DNA of 64,000 nucleotides from a virus: IMG/VR virus record IMGVR_UViG_3300044568_004364; one strand, written 5' to 3'. Under the pieces are notes generated by a model, which ran no database searches, was not told the DNA's origin, and saw only the letters and a list, made by a program, of their open reading frames with translations. The first letter of the stretch is position 1; each line of letters opens with the position of its first letter. Positions 8,052-17,160 of the stretch are shown piece after piece. The position numbers were made by a program, and so were the translations under genes.

Positions 8052-8867
8052 ATGATAGTACATTCATACATACAAACTGAAGGCGGTATGGGTCTCGGCG
8101 ACTTTTTGCGAGGATCACTTGCGCTGCATCAAGTGTGTCATAAAAAAAGATCCCAGTTCATAATAACTTTTAAAGATCATCCAATTTCAGAATTCATTAT
8201 TGGAAACGATACACCAATACCAAAGGATTTGGAGATTCACAATTTAAATAACAAAGCTGATTTTATTTTTAAATTAAAACATCATATTGAATTATTTAGG
8301 GGGAATCGCAGGTTAAGAGACGCACATATAGGTCTTCATTGTAATACCTTTCCATTTTATCCGATACATGATATCACAAAAAAGTTTGTGAGCAATTCGT
8401 TTAAACCAAACGATTCTTTAAATGCTGCTATACAAGCCGCAAAGCCTAAAGAAGATTATGAAGTCATTCATATTCGCACAGGCGACTTGGTTGCTTACAA
8501 CACCGCTATAAACACCACGGTTGCATATAACTACAATAGACTCTTGAAGCGCATCATTATTGCAGTGAATGAAATAAAATCGCAATCATCAAACAAATTT
8601 ATTATCATGTGTGACTCAGACAAAGTTAAGGAGACATTGTCAGAAATATGTGGATTGGTACCAACATCTGCAGAGTCCGTGCATTTTAACCTTGCAAAAG
8701 ATTGCGATGCCAAACGTGTAAAAGATACTCTGGTTGACTTCTTCCTGCTGACGCATGCAAAAGTCATCCATCAATTTTCAGTGCACGGCTGGGGTTCTAC
8801 TTTTAGCAATTGCGCACACTGGATTTACGATGTGCCATTGAAACGGTATGAATTGCAATTAGATTAA
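8052..8867 (+). CDS. Fucosyltransferase-like (GT-B, NodZ/POFUT-like) protein
   Basis: GLGDFLRG, IHIRTGD, TLVDFFLL, WGSTFS motifs. Confidence 0.7.
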   Translation: MIVHSYIQTEGGMGLGDFLRGSLALHQVCHKKRSQFIITFKDHPISEFIIGNDTPIPKDLEIHNLNNKADFIFKLKHHIELFRGNRRLRDAHIGLHCNTFPFYPIHDITKKFVSNSFKPNDSLNAAIQAAKPKEDYEVIHIRTGDLVAYNTAINTTVAYNYNRLLKRIIIAVNEIKSQSSNKFIIMCDSDKVKETLSEICGLVPTSAESVHFNLAKDCDAKRVKDTLVDFFLLTHAKVIHQFSVHGWGSTFSNCAHWIYDVPLKRYELQLD

Positions 8868-8873
8868 TTATAT

Positions 8874-9989
8874 TTAGTCAATTCCAGCTCCGTCACGAAA
8901 TCCAATTACATATGGGAAACGAGGGACACCAGCTGGAGTTAAGTTAAAGTACTTACACGTGGCATAGCGGCCAACATAGTTGTCAGCTTCAGCTAGCAGA
9001 GCTGTTAGAAAAGTATGGTTGCCTTTAATATTACTGCGGAAACGAATACCGTCTTCGCGCTCAAGAACGGCATAACCAGCCATTCCAGTCTTGTTGCCAT
9101 TACCTTCCTCAATGCTTACAATACGATATTCATCATCTTGAAACTCTTTGCGCTTGAGTAATGTGTTGCTGCGTTTATATTCATACGGATCATTAGTGCG
9201 AACCATTTGACCTTCATATCCATCTTCAAGAAGAGTGCCGTATAACTCATCAAGAGTTTGTTCGTCGCATGCAACATATGTCTTTACAGGAACAACCGCA
9301 GTCTTTTGGTCAAAACCATATTCACTGCAAAGAGTTTCAATCTTCATGTTGCGATCAAGAAACTTCATCTTGCTGTCCGCAATGTCATACCAATGGTATT
9401 CAATTGTTGCTGCGCTCTCCTGCAGATCTGCAGCGGTAGGCTTAGTCTTTTTGATTAGACTGCTAATCTTATTAAAGTCATCATGCAGTCCGTGGCAATA
9501 TAATTCACCATCCAGAATCAAGTCTGGGTATGCTGCAAACACTGGCTCCAATGCTTTGAGAATATGCGGGATGGTAACCCATGGTTTGCCGTTGCGACTT
9601 GTTGCGCCATGACGTGTAATCACTGCACGCATACCGTCTAACTTGGGTTGACAAAACACTGGAAATGCAACCTTGCTTCGCCGATCTTCCCACTTTTTTG
9701 CCAACATCGGCTCAATGAATGTAAAGGTGTCAACCGCAAGAATGTCTTCAAACATTCCACTGTCACGTTTTTTCTTCCAGCACGCTTCTGCTTCAAACAG
9801 CGCTTGTGCAACACCGTCACGCTCATTGCTACGCCCTACATTGGTAGGAGCAGTAGTAAACCATTCAGTGGTGACAATCTTACCGCCATGTTGACCATGC
9901 AATGTACGGTAAGCGTTTTCTTGAATTTCAACAGTCCATGTTTGAATGGCTCCTGTGCTTGTGCGAGAGTATAGTGTAGGTAATTTCAT
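8874..9989 (-). CDS. ATP-dependent DNA ligase
   Basis: PMLA, QPKLDGMR (motif I), SRNGK, LDGELY, GYEGQMVR, KRSNTLLKRKEF, PRFP. Confidence 0.95.
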   Translation of the reverse strand: MKLPTLYSRTSTGAIQTWTVEIQENAYRTLHGQHGGKIVTTEWFTTAPTNVGRSNERDGVAQALFEAEACWKKKRDSGMFEDILAVDTFTFIEPMLAKKWEDRRSKVAFPVFCQPKLDGMRAVITRHGATSRNGKPWVTIPHILKALEPVFAAYPDLILDGELYCHGLHDDFNKISSLIKKTKPTAADLQESAATIEYHWYDIADSKMKFLDRNMKIETLCSEYGFDQKTAVVPVKTYVACDEQTLDELYGTLLEDGYEGQMVRTNDPYEYKRSNTLLKRKEFQDDEYRIVSIEEGNGNKTGMAGYAVLEREDGIRFRSNIKGNHTFLTALLAEADNYVGRYATCKYFNLTPAGVPRFPYVIGFRDGAGID

Positions 9990-10156
9990 AATTTATTTTT
10001 AAGGCTGTTTACAATTTCTTTAAGTGCTTCTAATAGTGCGCTAAAGTTTCGATCGTGTGGATCTTCAAATCTCAGGTGTGTGCAATTTGCTTGTGCATCG
10101 TATTCACACCAGATACGAGTACCATCATTTTTTCGGATATAAAATTTCACTGCCAT
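9986..10156 (-). CDS. Small hypothetical protein (56 aa, not in ORF track)
   Basis: MAVKFYIRKNDGTRIWCE...; ATGA overlap with the ligase start; begins right after the upstream stop. Confidence 0.55.
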   Translation of the reverse strand: MAVKFYIRKNDGTRIWCEYDAQANCTHLRFEDPHDRNFSALLEALKEIVNSLKNKL

Positions 10157-10157
10157 A

Positions 10158-10358
10158 TTATTTACAATAAGCTACAAGAGATTCTTCGCCAAATACTTCG
10201 GCTATGTTTGTTGGATGGAATTTTAGGAATGTCAAGATAGTCTTGAATGCATCAACATATTGGTCAATAGTGCTATCGGCATTAAGTGTTAGAGCGAGGT
10301 TTGCTGTTTCACAATATCCGCCGCTTACTTCAATTTTAATAGGTGTATGTTCGTTCAT
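10158..10358 (-). CDS. Hypothetical protein
   Basis: Tightly packed ORF; probable start MNEHTPI with ATGA overlap. Confidence 0.55.
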   Translation of the reverse strand: MNEHTPIKIEVSGGYCETANLALTLNADSTIDQYVDAFKTILTFLKFHPTNIAEVFGEESLVAYCK

Positions 10359-10651
10359 AAATCTAATTTTTTCCATCCGTCTTCAATGCAAAGGTAAATG
10401 TCATCATTTACCACTACTGCATCACCAATCGTGATTGGTCGTTTCGGAGACTTGTAATATTCTTTCTTAAGCTCGTATGTTTCATCAGGTAATAATAAGC
10501 TTGGCGCATTTGACATGATAAATGCTTCATCAGCTGCATCATCACCGGAGTGTTTAGACTGGTAAGTAAACGCGAGGATGCGATATCCCTCAACATTTTC
10601 AGTAAACTTTGTTGGTCCAACATTTAAAAATATGTCTACGGTGTTACTCAT
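10355..10651 (-). CDS. Hypothetical protein
   Basis: 98 aa, ATGA overlap with the upstream ORF; RPITIGDAVVV...GW motif. Confidence 0.6.
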   Translation of the reverse strand: MSNTVDIFLNVGPTKFTENVEGYRILAFTYQSKHSGDDAADEAFIMSNAPSLLLPDETYELKKEYYKSPKRPITIGDAVVVNDDIYLCIEDGWKKLDL

Positions 10652-10881
10652 GCTTTACTCTTACGCTTACGTGGTGCCTTGCTTGCTGTAGAAATTTCAG
10701 CTTCAAGCTCAGCGCGTATTTTATAAAGGTGAATCAATAATACTTTTGGATCCACATCATGGAAAATTAAAGTGCGCCCACGATGGTTAGGTTTACCAAA
10801 AGTTTCAATACGTGCCTCGTGCATTGCAATAGATTGTGTGATATAGTCAAAGTCGGCTTGTAGTTCTTGGAGCTTATTCAT
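10648..10881 (-). CDS. Hypothetical early protein
   Basis: Start reassigned to ATG 10881 because the ORF-track start lies inside the promoter. Confidence 0.6.
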   Translation of the reverse strand: MNKLQELQADFDYITQSIAMHEARIETFGKPNHRGRTLIFHDVDPKVLLIHLYKIRAELEAEISTASKAPRKRKSKA

Positions 10882-10899
10882 AGTATTGGTTACGTGATT

Positions 10900-10960
10900 A
10901 TTATACACTAAAAAATTTCATATGTAAATAAAAAAATGATGAAATATGAAAAAAGTGTAG
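10900..10960 (-). promoter_or_regulatory. Early promoter cassette, copy 3
   Basis: TTTACA 10923-10928, TATAAT 10900-10905; same upstream A/T tracts. Confidence 0.85.
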
Positions 10961-10973
10961 ACCCGTCACGATA

Positions 10974-11915
10974 CTATAGTGATTTTGCCGCAAATTCAAT
11001 AGCTCTAGCTGCTTCAACATCCATAGCACGGTTTTTATACCATGAACCTGTCTCAGCATCTATTTCGCTGCATAATGATGATATCTCGGATGCGGAGATA
11101 GGATAACCGCGGCGCATTGCATTGCCAGCAATACTTATCATGATTTGATACATCTTGGTGTACCATCCGCTATTTTGAATCGTCTTATATTCGTTAATCA
11201 TATTCATATTTACAAACGGACAATCATAATATGAATTCCAGCTGTATGAGCGATTGTTTAATGCGCCTAGGCGACGCGCCTCAACCTTGCGCTTGAGGTC
11301 ATCGGGCAGCTTGTCAAATAACCGTGAACCAACATGCGCTTGTATATACTCATGCTTAGTCATTAGCTCATATGGATCTAATAGCGGAGAGTCTCGATGC
11401 GAAAAGATAAAGTGATTTGAATCTGGATAACGAGCTGGCACATAATACATACGTGACAGGTCTTTTGTTTGTGGATCAGATAGCGAATTGTATTGCTTGT
11501 TAAGAGCATACCAAAAGTGTCGGATCTTATCTGCTGGTACTTCACACTGGAGTGGAATCACAATACGAAACTTAGGATGTTCTAGTGTACTGCTTGCAGA
11601 TGAATAACACACAAAGCGTGTATCTTTAAATACCTGCACCGCTTCTTCAAATGTGCCAGAGTAATCATCGACATCAAGTGCAGCCCATCCGCCCCAGCAT
11701 GTTACATTTGCATTCTTTCGTGTTTCGCCTTCAGCAAATAGCGCCGGTGAGATTAGTGGTGAACCTTTACGCCATTCGCCTTTTTTAGGTTTATACCCAG
11801 GCTGTTTACTTAAGCTATATAGTAAATCTTCAAATGCATCAAAGGAGTCAAACTCCATGCGACGATGAGTCTTATTGTCAAAGATATTATTAAAAATTGT
11901 AAAACTATATTTCAT
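10974..11915 (-). CDS. AEP/PrimPol-like primase
   Basis: R...NV..W...ALDVDD, YSSAS...PKFRIVIPL, DPQTKDLSRMYYVP motifs. Confidence 0.75.
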   Translation of the reverse strand: MKYSFTIFNNIFDNKTHRRMEFDSFDAFEDLLYSLSKQPGYKPKKGEWRKGSPLISPALFAEGETRKNANVTCWGGWAALDVDDYSGTFEEAVQVFKDTRFVCYSSASSTLEHPKFRIVIPLQCEVPADKIRHFWYALNKQYNSLSDPQTKDLSRMYYVPARYPDSNHFIFSHRDSPLLDPYELMTKHEYIQAHVGSRLFDKLPDDLKRKVEARRLGALNNRSYSWNSYYDCPFVNMNMINEYKTIQNSGWYTKMYQIMISIAGNAMRRGYPISASEISSLCSEIDAETGSWYKNRAMDVEAARAIEFAAKSL

Positions 11916-12595
11916 GCAATTGTGTTTAATGTCCCATGATTACCAGCGTGAGACGGCGCAGTCGAATTTTTGTATTCCGTTATGTCTAATGTAGTCCATT
12001 GGTGTTTATGTAGCATATGATTATATAAATTTCCGCCATCTAAAATTTTATCGCATTCAGCACATTTCCATTTTGGGACATATTTTTTTGGTTTTCTCAT
12101 TTTATTTTTACTTTCTTCTGAATGTTTTTTACCAAAAAAACCGTTATCTTCTCCACAGCTTTTTTTATGTCCTTTAATGAAAGGAGTTTGACCAGCATCG
12201 CAGTTTATTTTTTGTTTAGCTGAAAGTAACTTCTTTGTTTCATCTGAATGTGTTTTTCCAAAAAATGGATGTTCAGCACCGCATACACTTCTGCCAAACC
12301 AACCATTAGGACATGCTAATGACATATTCATATAACGATTGGATTTTACGACGTCATATTTTTTATGTAGGTATAATTCATTCATGATTGCTTCTTTTCG
12401 AGTTTCGTATATTTTCAATATACGTGTTTTAAACAAATGTTTATTTTCTAATTGTTCTGCTTTAAAAATATCTTTATATTTTTTTGACTTTATTGATCCG
12501 TTATAACCAAAAGAAATTTTTTCAATTGAAGTAGATCCAATATAACGACGTGGTAATTTAGTTCCAAAGTAAATTGTTAAGTAAGTGCAATACAT
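11912..12595 (-). CDS. Free-standing GIY-YIG (Seg-like) homing endonuclease with NUMOD3 repeats
   Basis: CTYLT...YIGS...GYNGS; HPFFGKTHSDETKK and NGFFGKKHSEESK repeats; C-terminal CxxC; late promoter at 12605-12612. Confidence 0.85.
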   Translation of the reverse strand: MYCTYLTIYFGTKLPRRYIGSTSIEKISFGYNGSIKSKKYKDIFKAEQLENKHLFKTRILKIYETRKEAIMNELYLHKKYDVVKSNRYMNMSLACPNGWFGRSVCGAEHPFFGKTHSDETKKLLSAKQKINCDAGQTPFIKGHKKSCGEDNGFFGKKHSEESKNKMRKPKKYVPKWKCAECDKILDGGNLYNHMLHKHQWTTLDITEYKNSTAPSHAGNHGTLNTIA

Positions 12596-12644
12596 ATTTA
12601 AATGTATTTATACTTTTTAGGATTTGGACCTAACCCACATTATT

Positions 12645-13055
12645 TTAAATTTTTGTTAATGTTCCATAATTACCAACATGGGATGGCGCAGTCCATCCTT
12701 CGGGTTTGATAAGGTCCGGTAAAGAAAGTGGATTGGGACGTGATGGTTTAATTCCAACCTCTTTATTCATATTAGCTCTTAGCACTTCATCCCATGCAGC
12801 ATGCGCGTCAACACCAAACAAGTCGAGTGTTCCTATTGCCACTACACACAAGTCAATAAGTGCATCAACAGTTTCCTCTGCATTCACTGGTCTTGACAGC
12901 GATGCTGCGCACAATTCATTATATTCTTCTGCTAAAAAGTCAAGCCTAAACTTTAGCAGAGCGCCCAAAGACTCTTGCGATAATTCCGCAACCTTAGAGT
13001 TCACACCATACTTCTTATGCATATCTGCAATATCTTTTACCCAATTTTTTGACAT
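12645..13055 (-). CDS. MazG-like/PRA-PH family NTP pyrophosphohydrolase
   Basis: FLAEEYNEL, DALIDL.VVA.G, W.EV..ANM.K, LIKPEGW..P. Confidence 0.85.
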   Translation of the reverse strand: MSKNWVKDIADMHKKYGVNSKVAELSQESLGALLKFRLDFLAEEYNELCAASLSRPVNAEETVDALIDLCVVAIGTLDLFGVDAHAAWDEVLRANMNKEVGIKPSRPNPLSLPDLIKPEGWTAPSHVGNYGTLTKI

Positions 13056-13074
13056 ATATTATTTGTGTTTATAT

Positions 13075-15633
13075 TTAATTAAAGAAATCTTCAAGAGAGC
13101 TGATTTGAATTGCGCGCCAGCCTACAGCATCTAGCACAAGCTGTAACGGATCGGAAAACGTTTTTTCAAACAGTAGGTCACGATCAACCCAGCGATGCAG
13201 GTCAAACTCCTGCGGCATAACATCAAGAAAGCCAATAACATTTTCATGCGTTGGATTACCTTTCTTTAGATATGTATACTTGATTCTATCGCCACTCTTA
13301 ATAAAATGATACTTTTGTGATAACTCCTTTTGTTTAAGCAAATGATTATACATAATGGCAGCGCGGCTGTTAATGGGTGTACCTTTCTTATAGGGTACCT
13401 TAACATCATTTAAGCCAACACGCTGACTCCATTTTCCAATATCAGATACACCACGAGGGAAGGCCATCTTTTCAATATCATGTGCATCAAAGATTTCACG
13501 GAAAGCCGAAACTTCATCTTGAATTTGATTCTCATTTCCCGTCACAAGAATCTTAAATATTTTCTTAAACTCGTCGCGACAAATTTTTGGTGTGCTGCTC
13601 TTAATTGCCTCAATACCTTTCATTACAATCTTTGGTTCGGCATAACATACGCCTTCACTAGATAGCACGTTTAAGATATACCGTTTCTTAGCAGTAAAGA
13701 TTGCAACACTGCTAATCTTTTCAACCTTCATAACCATGGTGTTCCTAAACACATTTGTTTTAAGCGCGAGTTTTTCATATGCGCTTTTAATGACAGGCTC
13801 CAATGCATCTTTACCAAAGCTGATAAGAAACTCATGCGGATCTTTTGGCTTACATTTGGCAATCACATCGCTTAGGTTAATGTAAATACTATCAGTATCA
13901 GATGCGGTAATACGATCCTTTGGAGTAACATCCTTGAGCGCGCCGGTTAGGTAATCGTTTACTGCATGTTCCGCTGTATGAATTGCAAGTTGCCCTGATA
14001 AGGTAATGCCTTCAGCAATATCAATATTAAAGTAACGGAAGTATTGATTGGCAGCTGCGCCATACAAGCTGTTAAGCAAAATCTTTAAACACATTTGGCG
14101 ATTACTTGCACGGTCAATTTCAATTTGTAACTCTTCATAACGAGAGCCTTTCTTGCCTAATAACTCTGCTTCTTTTTCAGCGTCCAACATGCGGCGCTTA
14201 ACGGCAACACGCTGATTATAGAGTTCTTCAATAATCTCAGGCAAGATACCCTGCTTATCGCATTTAAAGCATGCACCGTTAGCAGCAACTGCATAACCGT
14301 TAGATGGCGCCCATGAATGATCGCTGCTTAATATCTTTTCAACACCGTTATGTTGCAATGCAGCAACCTTCATTGACGGCACAATGGTTTCAGGACTCAT
14401 GTTATATTGCACAATCAAGTTAGGATAAAGGCTATTTAAGTCAAAGCTCATGACCCATTCATGACGTCCGATTTGTGGATCCTTAACAAAGCCGCCGGCA
14501 TAATCTGCCTTAAAGGAACGTGTGTTGGGTGGAATAGCAATTTTCTTTGTTGCGAGTTTACGAAAGATGATACTATCCCAAATTGCAACAGTACCCAATG
14601 TATCTCCATAATTCACACCACCAAAGTATGATAGTGTAAAGACAAGATTAATCAAACCTAGCTTAGCCTCAAGACGTTCAATAAGCTCGATGTCAACGCA
14701 GTTATAGTCAATGAATTTTTGGTAATTCTTTTCATACAGTTCTGTAAGAGTACCATACTCGCTATAATCAATTTTATTTTGGCCTAAGACAACTTCAGCA
14801 ATAAAATCCAAACGGTATGATTCTTGCGCGCCATACGTGTTGGCCGCAAACTTTTTGAATAGGTCAAGATAGTCGAGTTGCTGTATACCGTATAAGTTAT
14901 AGAGGAAGTTTTCTTTACCTTTAATCACTACGCTCTTTTGCTCAACATAATTCCATGGAGACATTTTCTTTGCATCATCGGTACCTAGGACACGTGAAAT
15001 ACGATTCACTAGATAAGGAATATCAAACAAGCGGATGTTCCAGCCAGTGACAACATCAGGCGTATTTAATGTATCATTCCACCATGCTAGGAAGTCTTTT
15101 AGTAAAGCAGCTTCACTATTAAAGCAACGATATTCTTTTTTAAGATGCGGGACGCTCGATGTAGCTGCATCATAATCCTTTAAACCCCAAATGATGTAAT
15201 GGTCTAGGCGGCTACTTTTTAATCCGATAGCAGTAATTTCTTGATCGGCAACGGATGGTTCTGGAAAGCCATCATCAGAGCGGCATTCAATATCAAGCGA
15301 TACAACATCAATCTTCTTTGAGTCATATGATATTTCATTTGGATATTTAGATTGAATAAATGCAGGTATATGCCGATCATTACCATATACCTTAAAGCTT
15401 TCAATATCTTCATAGCTTTTACAAAATGCACGGCAATCTGACATGCTATCAAATGTTATCGGCTCAAGCGGTAAGCCGTCCAGTGAACGCCATGCAGCAT
15501 TCTTATCTTTGCTTTCAAGATAGAGCGTAGGTCTAAATTTATGAGTAGTGTAAATCTTTTGCCCATCAGCATTATAGCCACGATAGAGCAGTGTATTCAT
15601 TTTACGATCAATGCAAGTGTAGAATCCATCCAT
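13075..15633 (-). CDS. 43: Family B DNA polymerase (T4 gp43-like)
   Basis: Exo DIE, GWNI..FDIPY; SFDLNSLYP; KILLNSLYGA; SDTDS; KKRY. Confidence 0.97.
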   Translation of the reverse strand: MDGFYTCIDRKMNTLLYRGYNADGQKIYTTHKFRPTLYLESKDKNAAWRSLDGLPLEPITFDSMSDCRAFCKSYEDIESFKVYGNDRHIPAFIQSKYPNEISYDSKKIDVVSLDIECRSDDGFPEPSVADQEITAIGLKSSRLDHYIIWGLKDYDAATSSVPHLKKEYRCFNSEAALLKDFLAWWNDTLNTPDVVTGWNIRLFDIPYLVNRISRVLGTDDAKKMSPWNYVEQKSVVIKGKENFLYNLYGIQQLDYLDLFKKFAANTYGAQESYRLDFIAEVVLGQNKIDYSEYGTLTELYEKNYQKFIDYNCVDIELIERLEAKLGLINLVFTLSYFGGVNYGDTLGTVAIWDSIIFRKLATKKIAIPPNTRSFKADYAGGFVKDPQIGRHEWVMSFDLNSLYPNLIVQYNMSPETIVPSMKVAALQHNGVEKILSSDHSWAPSNGYAVAANGACFKCDKQGILPEIIEELYNQRVAVKRRMLDAEKEAELLGKKGSRYEELQIEIDRASNRQMCLKILLNSLYGAAANQYFRYFNIDIAEGITLSGQLAIHTAEHAVNDYLTGALKDVTPKDRITASDTDSIYINLSDVIAKCKPKDPHEFLISFGKDALEPVIKSAYEKLALKTNVFRNTMVMKVEKISSVAIFTAKKRYILNVLSSEGVCYAEPKIVMKGIEAIKSSTPKICRDEFKKIFKILVTGNENQIQDEVSAFREIFDAHDIEKMAFPRGVSDIGKWSQRVGLNDVKVPYKKGTPINSRAAIMYNHLLKQKELSQKYHFIKSGDRIKYTYLKKGNPTHENVIGFLDVMPQEFDLHRWVDRDLLFEKTFSDPLQLVLDAVGWRAIQISSLEDFFN

Positions 15634-15644
15634 AATATATGTTT

Positions 15645-15695
15645 ATTATACATCAAATCGGTGAAGATGTAAATAACAATCTTCACCGATTTGAT
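15645..15695 (-). promoter_or_regulatory. gp43 promoter (TTTACA-17-TATAAT) overlapped by a perfect 17-bp inverted repeat
   Basis: -35 at 15668-15673, -10 at 15645-15650; arms at 15652-15668 and 15679-15695. Confidence 0.75.
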
Positions 15696-15715
15696 TTTTT
15701 ATTTATGTTAGTTTA

Positions 15716-16117
15716 TTATGATATGACAATTTTACGAGGTTTGTTTTCGTCAGGAATAATACGGCGTAGTGTAATACTAAGTATACCATGCGCAAGTTTT
15801 GCATCAGCAACCTGTACGTATTCAGCAAGCGTGAAGCGACGCGTAAATTTACGTGTGCTAATTCCGCGATGACAATATTCGCGTTCTTCCTTATTTTCTT
15901 TTTCACCAGTGATCACTAGTGAATTCTCCTGTGCTTCAATTGCTAGCTCTTCATTTGCGAAGCCAGCAACTGCAAGCTCAATAACATACATGTCATCAGC
16001 CAATTTTACCACATTATGTGGTGGATAATAATTGATGTTTTCTTTTAATACTGTATCAAACTCTGAAAAGAGTTGATCGAACCCAATGCCAAATGGCTTA
16101 TATAAGTTTAGTTTCAT
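15716..16117 (-). CDS. hsp20: Small heat-shock protein Hsp20 (IbpA-like)
   Basis: IGFD, YPPHNVVK, IELAVAGF, HRGIS.R.F.R.FTLAE, A.L..G.L.I.L. Confidence 0.95.
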   Translation of the reverse strand: MKLNLYKPFGIGFDQLFSEFDTVLKENINYYPPHNVVKLADDMYVIELAVAGFANEELAIEAQENSLVITGEKENKEEREYCHRGISTRKFTRRFTLAEYVQVADAKLAHGILSITLRRIIPDENKPRKIVIS

Positions 16118-16208
16118 TTTTTGTTTCTCCTAGTTAAGCGAGTTTTATATGTGTTGTCAACAGACCCTGTTAAGGCATCTGTCTTTTGCAGCCACCATGG
16201 CCGCAAAA
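16118..16208 (-). promoter_or_regulatory. Three-hairpin hsp20 5' leader, ROSE-like RNA thermometer candidate
   Basis: CUCGCU-UAACU-AGGAG hairpin (16127-16142) pairs the SD with a bulged G; two upstream hairpins. Confidence 0.6.
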
Positions 16209-17123
16209 TTATTTATATTCAGGCAGCACGTATTCTTTAAAAGAAAGCAATTTTCTGCTGCTAATAATCTCAAAGAAGGTCTTGGCTTTTTCACCATTTA
16301 ACTTCTTATAGTCAAATTCTACTGCACTATAGATTGGACGATAGTGTAATGTGCGCTCTTTTGCAACGAGTAATAGCTGACCGGTTGTTACCATTTCAGC
16401 TTTACTAATATCGCCTGTACGCACAGGATTCATAAACTTATCTTTATGTGGCTTTTGCGACATCGCCTCAAGAAAAGCGTGCGGATCATTTATATCAGTA
16501 TCACGTAGGTAATTATTAACAATTTCCCAGCGTGTCTCTGAACTCTCGCGCGCAGCTTGTAAATGTGGATCGGTTGCATTTGCGCTATATCCTAAAGCTT
16601 TCATGTCAATGCCATGATTGGTACGTACACAATAGTTATCTTCTTTAGTAATTTCCTTTAAGCTGTAAATATACTTGCGGGGATTGTCTTCTGTGGCGTC
16701 ATCTTTCTTTACTGTAAATCCGCCTTCAAGCAGATAGCAACTCTCAGGATTAAAGATAAATGATGCACCAGCCAATTCCATTTCAATAAGGTATTGTGCT
16801 GCCTCCTTTGGAGTTTTTACACGAAGAGCATTGCGTATTGCAAGGCCATCAGGAGAAACAATAGCTTTCTTCTTTTTATTTTTAGACAACATCTTTTCAC
16901 CTTCTTTTTCATCGCTCTTAACGCTAAAAGATGCTGAGATAATAGATAAACCATATTCGTTTACACCTTCGGTCCAACGAGTAGTTTGATCATCAATAAA
17001 GAGGCGTTGAATGCCATCACGGTTTGAGTTAACAATTTTAATTGCTGTTGGGTAGTTGCGGTCACGATTTTTCGCACCAACCCAACCATACTTATTAATG
17101 TATTTTACTGCTACTACGCACAT
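16209..17123 (-). CDS. Ntn-hydrolase-like protein (N-terminal Cys nucleophile)
   Basis: MCVV...AKNRDR, EGVNEYGL, VRTNHG; late promoter at 17142-17149. Confidence 0.65.
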   Translation of the reverse strand: MCVVAVKYINKYGWVGAKNRDRNYPTAIKIVNSNRDGIQRLFIDDQTTRWTEGVNEYGLSIISASFSVKSDEKEGEKMLSKNKKKKAIVSPDGLAIRNALRVKTPKEAAQYLIEMELAGASFIFNPESCYLLEGGFTVKKDDATEDNPRKYIYSLKEITKEDNYCVRTNHGIDMKALGYSANATDPHLQAARESSETRWEIVNNYLRDTDINDPHAFLEAMSQKPHKDKFMNPVRTGDISKAEMVTTGQLLLVAKERTLHYRPIYSAVEFDYKKLNGEKAKTFFEIISSRKLLSFKEYVLPEYK

Positions 17124-17160
17124 AAGCTTGTATCTAATATCTATTTATACAAAATAGGAT

